From a virus (Duplodnaviria; Caudoviricetes), in the IMG/VR virus record IMGVR_UViG_3300020576_006930, positions 32,001 to 96,000 of that record: a stretch of 64,000 nucleotides of DNA. One strand, given 5' to 3'. Position 1 is the first letter of the stretch. Every line of letters starts with the position of its first letter. This document shows, piece after piece, positions 18,228 to 26,878 of this stretch. Under the pieces are notes generated by a model. It was not told the origin of the DNA, made no database searches, and saw only the letters and a program-made list of their open reading frames with translations. The translations under genes were made by a program, and so were the position numbers.

Positions 18228-19262
18228 ATGAACATTCTATTGGACAGAGACACATTCCGCAATGGGGTGTTCATGCGTGACAAAAACAAATGTGTCATTT
18301 GTGGGCAACCGGCTCAGGATGCGCATCACATTATTGAACGTAGATTATTTGACGATGGTGGTTATTATCTTGACAATGGCGCTTCATTATGTGCGACGTG
18401 TCATATTAAGGCCGAATCTACTGAGATTAGTTGCGAAGCTATCAGAGCAGGAGCTGGAATCGTGGACATTGTTTTGCCGCTTCACTTATATCGGGATAAT
18501 GTTTACGATAAGTGGGGCAACATAATCAATGTCAATGGCACGCGGCTGAAAGGCGAATTATTCGGTGATGTCAGTGTTCAGAAGATTTTGAAACAGGGTG
18601 GAGTTCTTAGCAAGTTTGTGGATTATGTAAAATATCCCCGCACTTACCATTTACCTTGGAGTGACGGTTTGACGAATGATGATCGGGTAATGACTCCGGA
18701 GGATTTAAAATTTTTAGAAGATAGTTCGGTGGTCGCTACGGAAAAAATGGATGGAGAAAATACCACCATTTATACCGATTACATTCACGCTCGTTCGGTG
18801 GATAGTCGTTCACATTGGACACAATCATATGTGCGCCAATTACAAAGTAAAATTGGACATGATATCCCAAAGGGTTGGCGGATTTGTGGTGAGAATCTTT
18901 ATGCCAAACATTCCATCAAGTATGATAAATTGGAAGATTTCTTTCTGATGTTTTCGATTTGGGATGACAAAAATCAGTGTTTGAGTTGGTTGGAAACCGT
19001 GGAATGGGCAAAGTTGTTGGGATTAAAAGTGGTAGACGTGTTCTTTGTCGGGCCGTGTTGGAAAGACACGGTACATAAGCTATATGAGGGCAATTCAAAA
19101 CATAAGCCCATTGAAGGTTATGTGGTCAGGACATTGAACGGTTTCTCTTATGGTAATTTTAGAAAATGTACTGGTAAATTTGTTAGAAAAAACCACGTCC
19201 AGACCAGTCACCACTGGCGGTTTGAGAAGATCGAAAAGAATGAGTTATCGTCCGTAGGGTGA
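18228..19262 (+). CDS. HNH domain-ATP-dependent RNA ligase fusion
   Basis: N-terminal CVIC..DAHHI...NGASLCATCH; C-terminal KYPRTYHLPWS, motif I EKMDGEN, GENLYA, EGYVVR, KFVR. Confidence 0.88.
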   Translation: MNILLDRDTFRNGVFMRDKNKCVICGQPAQDAHHIIERRLFDDGGYYLDNGASLCATCHIKAESTEISCEAIRAGAGIVDIVLPLHLYRDNVYDKWGNIINVNGTRLKGELFGDVSVQKILKQGGVLSKFVDYVKYPRTYHLPWSDGLTNDDRVMTPEDLKFLEDSSVVATEKMDGENTTIYTDYIHARSVDSRSHWTQSYVRQLQSKIGHDIPKGWRICGENLYAKHSIKYDKLEDFFLMFSIWDDKNQCLSWLETVEWAKLLGLKVVDVFFVGPCWKDTVHKLYEGNSKHKPIEGYVVRTLNGFSYGNFRKCTGKFVRKNHVQTSHHWRFEKIEKNELSSVG

Positions 19263-19380
19263 ATTTTAAATAAACTAATCGTAAAAAAGTTTCGAAAGTT
19301 GTTGACGAAAAGTTAAAATGGTATATACTTATTCTTGAGTTGAGACGGCATCGGTAAAGACAACGAATAAAAAACGGTGC

Positions 19381-19550
19381 TTGACAACAAAGAATTTCGG
19401 TGTACAATATACACCATAAGAAAATGAATATTAGTTCAAAACATCAATATAAGGATAGTGAACCAGCAGGAGGCGGTGCATAAAGCACATCCTGAAGCGT
19501 AAAGCTTTATGACCGCCATCCTCTAATACAGGGTGGCGGTTTTTTATTTT
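19381..19550 (+). promoter_or_regulatory. promoter + leader peptide (MNISSKHQYKDSEPAGGGA, 19424-19483) + terminator: second candidate attenuator
   Basis: TTGACA...TACAAT promoter; terminator ACCGCCATCCT/AGGGTGGCGGT-TTTTT. Confidence 0.7.
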
Positions 19551-19763
19551 TAAGAGTAGTAAAGTCAAGCTGGACTTAAAACGGAGTATGAGATAGCACT
19601 CAAGAAACGCTGTTCGTTGAAACCGAAAGGTAGTGAACGATAAATCCATAAAGCAGACGGCTCACGCGATTCCGTCGTTTATGGCTTCAAAAAGAAGGCG
19701 TGATTGAGTGAAAGCCCACCCGGAAGTAGGCTTGACGTTAGCGGAGAGACGCTTTTTAATTTC

Positions 19764-19849
19764 GCGAGTATGCGCCGAGCTGGCCGATGGCACCGGACTT
19801 TTAATCCGGTATATAAACACCGTGGGTTCGAATCCCACTGCTCGCACCA
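19764..19849 (+). tRNA. tRNA-Lys (TTT) with long variable region
   Basis: CCGGA-CTTTTAA-TCCGG, 12-nt variable region; CCA. Confidence 0.8.
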
Positions 19850-19902
19850 TTTTACTTTTAAGATTTTTTGTATTTTAAAAGTCATTCATGATATTTATAT
19901 GT

Positions 19903-20370
19903 ATGAAGAAATGCTATACATGCCAACAAGAAAAAGAAACGGTGGAATTTAACAAAAGTAAATGTCGTAAAGACGGGTTGAATTCTATTTGTAAAGAATG
20001 TTCTAAAAAACGGAGTAAACAATATTACAAGGAAAATACCGAATATCATAGAAAAGCGGTCTATCGAAATAAACAACAGTACGGAGAACAATTGAGGGGC
20101 TGGATATCCGATTTAAAATCGGGAGGGTGTTGTATATGTGGTGAGAAAGAGATATGTTGTTTGGATTTTCATCATATCGATTCAAAAACAAAAGATTTTG
20201 CTATTTCAAGTTTGGTATACAATCTATCCAGAAAAAAACTAGGGAATGAATTGACTAAGTGTGCAATAGTGTGCTCAAATTGTCACAGAAAAATTCACAT
20301 AGGCGTTTTAAAAAACCCTATTGATAAAAAACTAGAAAACATATCCATACCGAATTTAACAGTGAATTAA
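19903..20370 (+). CDS. HNH endonuclease
   Basis: CYTC/CKEC finger; LDFHHID...KCAIVCSNCHRKIH. Confidence 0.88.
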   Translation: MKKCYTCQQEKETVEFNKSKCRKDGLNSICKECSKKRSKQYYKENTEYHRKAVYRNKQQYGEQLRGWISDLKSGGCCICGEKEICCLDFHHIDSKTKDFAISSLVYNLSRKKLGNELTKCAIVCSNCHRKIHIGVLKNPIDKKLENISIPNLTVN

Positions 20371-20399
20371 TTTTCAAACGAATTCAAAACAATTTTAAT

Positions 20400-20476
20400 G
20401 CAGTTGAAGCCATGATGGACCGGCACCCGGCTTTTACCCGGATATGGAGTGGGTTCGATTCTCACCGACTGCACCA
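20400..20476 (+). tRNA. tRNA-Lys (TTT)
   Basis: Loop CTTTTAC; CCA. Confidence 0.85.
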
Positions 20477-20485
20477 ATTTTAAAC

Positions 20486-20562
20486 GCGCTCGATGCTACA
20501 GTGGATCGGCACCCGGCTCTTACCCGGATATGATGAGGTTTCAACTACCTCCGAGCGCACCA
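20486..20562 (+). tRNA. tRNA-Lys (CTT)
   Basis: Loop CTCTTAC; CCA. Confidence 0.75.
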
Positions 20563-20918
20563 ATTTCTGATTCCCCCATATCAACAATCACCGTTTTTCC
20601 CAACGGTTCAAATTTGTTGACCAAATCCGGATTTATTTCCCGTGGGGGAATCAATTTTAATTTAACAATTTTGCCTCAGTCCAGACGGCCTACTTCTAGT
20701 TAAGCACAGACGAAGTAATGAAGAAATGGAGTCTGGGTGCTCTGAGTGCAAATTCATTCGCCAGTTATCTAATCTGGTGCCAACAGCAATCAGGAAAATT
20801 AAAACATTCGTAGGAAGCTATGCTGACCGCAAGAGTGTTTTGGTTGGAATGGTTGGGCCGCTGTTCTGAAAACAAAATTATACGGGGCCGTTCACACCCC
20901 GTTGACAAAGTGAACAAT

Positions 20919-21005
20919 GGTAGGGTATCCAAATGGCTAAAGGACACGGTCTGTAAAACCGCCGCTCAAAAGGCTTTGTGAGTTCGAATCTCATCCCTAC
21001 CACCA
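20919..21005 (+). tRNA. tRNA-Tyr (GTA)
   Basis: Loop CTGTAAA, long variable arm; CCA. Confidence 0.9.
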
Positions 21006-21010
21006 ATTTA

Positions 21011-21065
21011 AAGATGCCAACAGCAAACAAAAATTCAATTATAATGAAAAAAAGATGGCATCTTG
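21011..21065 (+). repeat. ACAGCAA RNA module (related copies at 20776, 23193, 25053, 33767)
   Basis: AAGATGCCA-ACAGCAA...TGGCATCTT-G closing helix. Confidence 0.75.
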
Positions 21066-21103
21066 TTTTAGAACCCTCTATTTATATGGGAGAGGTCTAA
21101 TTT

Positions 21104-21529
21104 ATGAAAAAATTTAATTGTTTATATTGTAAAAAAGAAAAAACACACCAATCGTCTCAGTCTATGGGGAAATATTGTTCGGCAAAATGTCAACAAAATT
21201 TTCAAATAGAGAAAAAAATGGAAAGTGGAAATTGTTTGTATACTCCGGGAATAAGAAATTGGTGTTATAATAATTTAAAACAGGTATGTGATGTGTGTGA
21301 TACGGGATTAATATGGAATAATAAACCGCTGAGATTACAAGTCGATCACAGAAATGGAAATTCCAGAGATAACCGTAGAAATAATTTAAGAATGATTTGT
21401 CCCAATTGTCACACCCAAACCGAAAATTGGGGGATAAAAAACGCATCTCCTGAGGGAGTTGAAAAAATGGTAGTTGCGGGGAAATTAACACAAAAGAATT
21501 TTTGGTCATATAAAGTAATAGTAACCTAA
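21104..21529 (+). CDS. HNH homing endonuclease
   Basis: LQVDHRNGNSRDNRRNNLRMICPNCH; the stop lies inside tRNA-Asp. Confidence 0.9.
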   Translation: MKKFNCLYCKKEKTHQSSQSMGKYCSAKCQQNFQIEKKMESGNCLYTPGIRNWCYNNLKQVCDVCDTGLIWNNKPLRLQVDHRNGNSRDNRRNNLRMICPNCHTQTENWGIKNASPEGVEKMVVAGKLTQKNFWSYKVIVT

Positions 21530-21577
21530 CGCACTGTCTATGCGAAGTCCGGGGAGCGTAACCCCGTATGACCGCCA
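21504..21577 (+). tRNA. tRNA-Asp (GTC)
   Basis: Loop CTGTCTA; atypical T-loop; CCA. Confidence 0.75.
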
Positions 21578-21763
21578 TTTTGATCTGTTGGCTAATCCAC
21601 CTTGCTACGCATTGAGTATGGATCGTAGAGCACGCGGACGGTTTGAATGAATCCCGAACAAGTAGGCTACTAACCGAAAAGTAAGGCTGAGTGAGAAAAC
21701 CGGTGCTTGAAACTGATGATTGGCTTAGTAACCAATAAGCGTTCTGACAGATTAATTTTTTAT

Positions 21764-21837
21764 ACCCCTTTGTTGTAGTGGTAGCAAAGTTCTCTTTGAA
21801 AGAAAAAGTGGTGGTTCGATTCCATCAAGGGGTGCCA
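21764..21837 (+). tRNA. tRNA-Gln (TTG)
   Basis: Loop CTTTGAA; CCA. Confidence 0.85.
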
Positions 21838-22041
21838 ATTTAATGGGTGTACAGTAGTTCAATAAATGGGATAGACATAAAAAGTCTGGGTAGCGCCTCA
21901 GTCCAATTATGGAACCAGTATGAAATCCCCTAGTCGTTGAGAATCTGAGAACACAGAATGAGATAGACGTTCACGCTGAACGGAATATTGTGAAATCCTC
22001 TAGTAAGTGATACGCTGTAAATCAGCGGCCCCATATTTTAT

Positions 22042-22115
22042 GTTCCGGTCGATTAATGGTAGGTCACTGCCCTTTCAAGGCGGGAGCGGGAGTTCGATTC
22101 TCCCTCGGAACACCA
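22042..22115 (+). tRNA. tRNA-Glu (TTC)
   Basis: Loop CTTTCAA; CCA. Confidence 0.9.
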
Positions 22116-22123
22116 TTTTTAAT

Positions 22124-22196
22124 GCTCCTATGATGTAATGCAACATCTTCGGCCGATTACCGAAGCTTGGTGGTTCAAGTCCACCTGGGAGTACCA
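22124..22196 (+). tRNA. tRNA-Ile (GAT), C33 variant
   Basis: Loop CCGATTA; CCA. Confidence 0.7.
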
Positions 22197-22202
22197 ATTT
22201 AC

Positions 22203-22279
22203 GGCCCCATCGTCTATATGTGTTAGGACATCATGTTCTCAACATGAAAAATAGGGTTCAAATCCCAATGGGGCTACCA
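22203..22279 (+). tRNA. tRNA-Glu (CTC)
   Basis: Loop TTCTCAA; CCA. Confidence 0.85.
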
Positions 22280-22361
22280 ATTTCGAATTCCCTGAGTGAG
22301 TCCGCAATTCTATACCGTGATATTCGACGGTGAATGTGGGTTAAACACACCGGGCATTTAC

Positions 22362-22437
22362 GGCCCCGTCGTCTAGAGGACAAGGATTGCGGATTCTCAA
22401 TTCGCGGAACTCGGTTTGATCCCGAGCGGGGCTACCA
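22362..22437 (+). tRNA. tRNA-Glu (CTC), second copy
   Basis: Loop TTCTCAA; CCA. Confidence 0.8.
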
Positions 22438-22439
22438 AT

Positions 22440-22670
22440 TTACATGGGCTTTTTCCATTCCTCAGACTCTTTCAATTCTTTTATAAATTGTTCGTGACGA
22501 TTAAGCCCGACAAGATTTTCATATAATTTTAAGGCTTCAGCGGACATACAATTTACTGACGCATTTTGGATTTTCTTTTGGGTGGTGTATTTTGATGAAT
22601 TTGTAATCATAATTTTTTCAGTGATATTCCGTTTACGGGATGTAATATCAAGGTGGGAAGTATATCTCAT
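22440..22670 (-). CDS. hypothetical protein (antisense within the tRNA island)
   Basis: AT-rich 76-aa ORF filling the gap between tRNAs. Confidence 0.5.
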   Translation of the reverse strand: MRYTSHLDITSRKRNITEKIMITNSSKYTTQKKIQNASVNCMSAEALKLYENLVGLNRHEQFIKELKESEEWKKPM

Positions 22671-22848
22671 TCTTGAAAAGAAGATATGGGGTTAAACCCC
22701 ATTAGGTAATACCCTACTAATCCAATTTCCATAAGCTATGAACCAACAAATAAACAACGGCATTAGATGGTTGTAACGGGTGCGAAGTCCGACCCAATGA
22801 ACATAATTCATTGGTGTAAGCCAGACATAGTAAAGTGGAAAGATTTAT

Positions 22849-22923
22849 TCCAGAGTAGTGTCAAAGTAGCACACGCGGCTGTTAACCGTGTTAGTGTTGG
22901 TGCGAGTCCAACTTCTGGAGCCA
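22849..22923 (+). tRNA. tRNA-Asn (GTT)
   Basis: Loop CTGTTAA; CCA. Confidence 0.85.
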
Positions 22924-23192
22924 ATTTTTGTTGCGCTAACGGGCTAGAGTAAAGTAACTCAGTCGCCTTTATAAGCGAAAGATAGTAGGTTAACGCCCTA
23001 TATGACCCGCAGGTATCTCTAAGACATGAGGTCGCAACAAAACGATTTTCAACACCGATAAATAACGATGCTGTTATATTTCCGGACCAACGGTTGACCG
23101 ACAAAAACAGCATCGGTTTTGAACCTATTAGTTCAACGCATGATGAATGTGAGGATGAGAAGTTAGCTCACGATAAAATCTTCTCCACTTTT

Positions 23193-23248
23193 AAGATGCC
23201 AACAGCAACCAAATCACTTGCCTGTTAAGCAAAAAAGATGGCATCTTG
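23193..23248 (+). repeat. ACAGCAA RNA module carrying an Asn-type anticodon stem-loop
   Basis: TTGC-CTGTTAA-GCAA inside the AAGATGCCA/TGGCATCTT helix. Confidence 0.75.
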
Positions 23249-23486
23249 TTTTTATGGTCGGCGTCTGAATCTGCTGGTGAGGTTAGCTTCATAGGATGAT
23301 AATAATGACGAGTTAACCCGGCCGCCGATTTTTTGAAGGAACTGGCGGACTGAGATGTGTATAGTTGAGGTCCGATAGACAATGCCAGCCTTCAATTTTA
23401 TGGTGATATTCATTTGATTTTTTTGTTTTGGTGATGATATTTATCAGCAAATACGTCGTATTTACGATGTCAAAACAAAGGTTTAA

Positions 23487-23711
23487 ATGAAAAAATATCA
23501 AGAAATTAGTCATTATATCAAATTTAAAGCTCGTAATGGAGATGGAGAAGTGATATCGATAGTAGAGGATGTAGATAAAGCGAAATTTATTTATGATTCT
23601 TTAGAAGAAATCCCCCCGTTCGGTCCAGATAAAATTATGGTAGAAAATAATAGAATGTGGAAAGTAATTAAACAAGACGGATTAACTATTCTAGCCAAAA
23701 CTCTAAAATAA
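23487..23711 (+). CDS. hypothetical protein
   Basis: 74 aa. Confidence 0.6.
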   Translation: MKKYQEISHYIKFKARNGDGEVISIVEDVDKAKFIYDSLEEIPPFGPDKIMVENNRMWKVIKQDGLTILAKTLK

Positions 23712-23772
23712 TTTAGTAAAAAATACGGATTCAAATCGGTTTTTCCTCCCCATCGATAATACTTATTGGCAT

Positions 23773-24678
23773 ATGAAAATGGGAGTCGTAAAATGTAGTC
23801 GGTGTCGTAAAGAATTCGAAAAACCCCAATCTGAGATTAAGAGAATGGTAAAAAGAAAATGGGTAAACCATTTTTGTGGTACCAAATGTCTTTCTGAATT
23901 CGGCGTGGTGTTTCGGAAGAAACTTTCCGATGAAAGAATAAAATCGTATTATCTTTCTCCTAAGAAATGTCCAAATTGTGATTCAGTCATTCCACACGAA
24001 GACAAATCACAAAAAACATATTGTTCATCAAAATGTTTCGGTATCCATTCTCAAAAAAACGGTGGCCATTGTCATTGGTCAGATGAAGATAAAGAACGCT
24101 TACGGCAACAAGCCAAAAACAATCCCAAATTTGTTCCGGGGTGGAATAGAGGGAAACGGTATGCTCCAACAATTACATTAAAATGTAGAAATTGTGGGGG
24201 TGATTTTATACAAACAATTTCCAAAATAAATTCTAATAAAACGCAAACTTGCGGAAAAGAATGTAGAAGAAAATTACAATCTATCAATTTACTTAACCAG
24301 TACAAAAATGGGAAGAAAGTATATGGCGGAACAACCAAGTGGTTAAAATACAAAGATATAAAAGTTCAGGGCTCATATGAATATAGAACTTGTCAAATCT
24401 TAGACCGTTGGCAACAGGTCAATAAAATTAAAAAATGGGAATATACAAACGATAGATTTGAGTATATAGGAACTGACGGGAATAACCACAATTACTTGAT
24501 GGATTTCAAGATATGGAATAACGATGGTTCTTTTTATTATCTAGAAACTAAAGGATATGAAAAAGAAAATGATAGGTTGAAATGGAAATCTGTCGTGGAT
24601 GCCGGATACAAATTGGATGTGTGGTTTGATCCTGATATTAGACAGAGAGAAAAAGAATTTATGGAGGTTGTAGCATAA
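23773..24678 (+). CDS. homing endonuclease: Cys-finger repeats + TnsA-like PD-(D/E)xK domain
   Basis: Repeated CxxC...(F/Y)CxxxC; GSYE...YLMDF...YLETKG; the stop lies inside tRNA-His. Confidence 0.8.
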   Translation: MKMGVVKCSRCRKEFEKPQSEIKRMVKRKWVNHFCGTKCLSEFGVVFRKKLSDERIKSYYLSPKKCPNCDSVIPHEDKSQKTYCSSKCFGIHSQKNGGHCHWSDEDKERLRQQAKNNPKFVPGWNRGKRYAPTITLKCRNCGGDFIQTISKINSNKTQTCGKECRRKLQSINLLNQYKNGKKVYGGTTKWLKYKDIKVQGSYEYRTCQILDRWQQVNKIKKWEYTNDRFEYIGTDGNNHNYLMDFKIWNNDGSFYYLETKGYEKENDRLKWKSVVDAGYKLDVWFDPDIRQREKEFMEVVA

Positions 24679-24741
24679 CTGGTTAATGTCCTAGGTTGTG
24701 AACCTAGTTTTATGCGGATTCGAATTCCGTCAACCTCCCCA
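24663..24741 (+). tRNA. tRNA-His (GTG) with encoded G-1
   Basis: Loop TTGTGAA; G-1:C73; CCA. Confidence 0.9.
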
Positions 24742-25052
24742 ATTTCAGCGGACTCAGTCGCATAGCTACGACTGGATACAACACAACTGAGCCACGACGC
24801 GGAGATGAAGCTCGAGCTTTAATAAGTCAATGTGATCGCAGTTGAAACCGCTGTCGTATTTCCAATGGAATGAGTATCTGATTAAAAACACAAGGAGAGA
24901 GATTGTTCCGCTGCAGCGGACAGACCTCCGTGAAATCCTCCCGAAGTTTAGGAGAAAGTTCCTTTTTAGTTTACGCCAGGTTAGGGATGGATTATTCCTC
25001 ACGGAAGTCTCAATTGACAAGCGAGCGTCCAGAAACCCACTGGCTGAAATTT

Positions 25053-25166
25053 TAGATGCGGACAGCAAGCAATCGATTATGTCAAACTCTTAGTGTGGGT
25101 TCGAATCCCATGTATGGTGTAATGGTAGCACAGGAGTCCCGCAAGGGAATCAAAAAACGCATCTAG
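25053..25166 (+). ncRNA. ACAGCAA module containing a circularly permuted tRNA elbow (YrlA/Y-RNA-like)
   Basis: The T-arm GTGGG-TTCGAAT-CCCAT precedes the D-arm GTGT-AATGGTA-GCAC; both are closed by ACTCT/GGAGT. Confidence 0.7.
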
Positions 25167-25351
25167 TTTTTCGAGTAGTAATAATAGGAAGTGACCAATC
25201 GGTATCCGCCTCATGAATGTAACCCAGGACTGGTAGCCTGTCGTGCGAGCAAGTTAATCCCTCGCTGGTGAAAGGGTAGGACAAGTTGATACCGGCGTAT
25301 TATTATGAGCGGTAGTTGGGACCTGATAAGTTCACAAACCATTCGATTTAT

Positions 25352-25425
25352 GGCCCATTCGTCTATCAGCAGGACCACTCGTTTTCAGCGAGAAGAGGCC
25401 GGAGCGTCACCGGCATGGGCTACCA
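25352..25425 (+). tRNA. tRNA-Glu (TTC)
   Basis: Loop TTTTCAG; atypical T-loop; CCA. Confidence 0.75.
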
Positions 25426-25779
25426 CTTTCGGCAGTCATAGGGAGTCATGACCTTAGAACACTCATGTTGTGTTATGCTCTGAAATAAAGTCACATTAAA
25501 AATTAAGATAAATACATGTATAATCAAAATAAGTAGATGTGATGGACACGTAAGAGAGACTGCGACCATTTCGGGTATGTCTTGGGAGAGTTATCGGGTT
25601 CAATTCCCGAATAGTCCACCATACGGGCTATGGGATGGTCCTGTCGCTAGCGACAAAAGCGGGTTCGATCCCCGTCATATCCATTGATTTGACCCGGAGA
25701 ATATCCGATAAATACGACACTTGGTTGGGTGCTATTCCAGAAGCTTAAAATACCCTTCAAAAGACGGGTCACCAATTTC

Positions 25780-25854
25780 GCAGTATTGATGCTAGTGGCA
25801 ACATGCGGCTTTCCCAAAGCTGATTCGTCAGTTCGATTCTGATATACTGCTCCA
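25780..25854 (+). tRNA. tRNA-Gly (CCC)
   Basis: Loop TTCCCAA; U73; CCA. Confidence 0.88.
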
Positions 25855-25858
25855 TTTC

Positions 25859-25956
25859 GCCGGTTTGGTCTAACCACCTCTTAATCGGGGACGGACGGTT
25901 TGGAAAGACGGCCGGGTTAGCCCCGGACAACGTAGGTTCAAATCCTACAATCGGCT
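25859..25956 (+). ncRNA. tRNA scaffold with D-loop insert
   Basis: GCCGGTT/AATCGGC acceptor, canonical T-arm, ~30-nt helix within the D-loop. Confidence 0.55.
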
Positions 25957-26130
25957 CGAATTTACGGGGTTACAAGGAAAGGTTCGGTAAACGAAAACTA
26001 GGCCCATTTCAACAAACGCAAGCTCCGGAATAATGTACAACCCTTGCCTGAGATGGATTGGTGGTGAACACCATTTAAGTAGACCGTTACTGATCAGCGG
26101 TTCGATTCCGCTTATCTCCACCATTTATAA

Positions 26131-26206
26131 CGGAGTGTCGCCTAGTGGTATGGCGCTTGTTTCGGGAACAAGAATAACGGGAGTTCGATTCTCCCCACTC
26201 CGACCA
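26131..26206 (+). tRNA. tRNA-Pro (CGG)
   Basis: Loop TTCGGGA; CCA. Confidence 0.9.
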
Positions 26207-26212
26207 GTTTAT

Positions 26213-26289
26213 CGCCTGATCGTTTAAAAAACTAAGACACCGACCCTTGGGGTCGGAAATGCCAAGGTAAAGTCTGGCAAAGGCGACCA
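26213..26289 (+). tRNA. atypical/pseudo tRNA (loop CCTTGGG)
   Basis: Cloverleaf with degenerate T-loop; CCA. Confidence 0.5.
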
Positions 26290-26446
26290 TTTATGCCATC
26301 CAGGATCGGGTGCAATTCCCTTTACACAGAGTACTCTAGCGTGAATCTGTGGGTGGCCCATTTTAACGGACTTGTCTTTTGATAAGGATGTAATGTAACC
26401 AGACACCAAATCGTGGGCCTGATAATCCCGTTCCGTTTTACTATTT

Positions 26447-26878
26447 ATGAATATGGAGTACAAATCGTTTTTCAATTATCTAAAAGAAGGTGTGGAAAAA
26501 TATCTCATTTGGCAGCCGACCGGAATTTTCCGGGCGATGGTTGATTATTTAGATACTTTAACCTCATCAAACAACGAGGTCTATCGGGGAGCCTCCGATA
26601 AGGAAATTTCTATATTGAAAAATACCAAAGTTTTTAAATCCAACGGCAAAGGTAATACCCGGGATAATGCCGGGACATATGTTTCCGCAGATATCCATTT
26701 AGCCGCCGCTTTTGCGCTGAGATATTACCGGGATGGCCACGGAGGTTCGGTGCTCGTTTTAGAAAAGAGCAAATTACCTGAATTAGTCGCCCGCGATCCT
26801 GGAAATTTTACCGTGGACCATGTTCCACTGGAAGCGGTAAAACGCATCATCAATTTAAAAGACTTTACCGGTCGATGA
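26447..26878 (+). CDS. hypothetical protein, possible ADP-ribosyltransferase-like fold
   Basis: VYRG ... GTYVSADIHLAAAFA ... GGSVLVLE pattern. Confidence 0.45.
   Translation: MNMEYKSFFNYLKEGVEKYLIWQPTGIFRAMVDYLDTLTSSNNEVYRGASDKEISILKNTKVFKSNGKGNTRDNAGTYVSADIHLAAAFALRYYRDGHGGSVLVLEKSKLPELVARDPGNFTVDHVPLEAVKRIINLKDFTGR

Noticed and set aside
21713-21745. Hammerhead ribozyme at CTGATGA (also 27715)
   Set aside because: No GAAA follows the putative stem II, so the core is incomplete.
22931-23040. Functional tRNA with an 8-nt loop CTTTATAA
   Set aside because: The acceptor is imperfect, the T-loop is degenerate and there is no CCA; at most a tRNA-like remnant.
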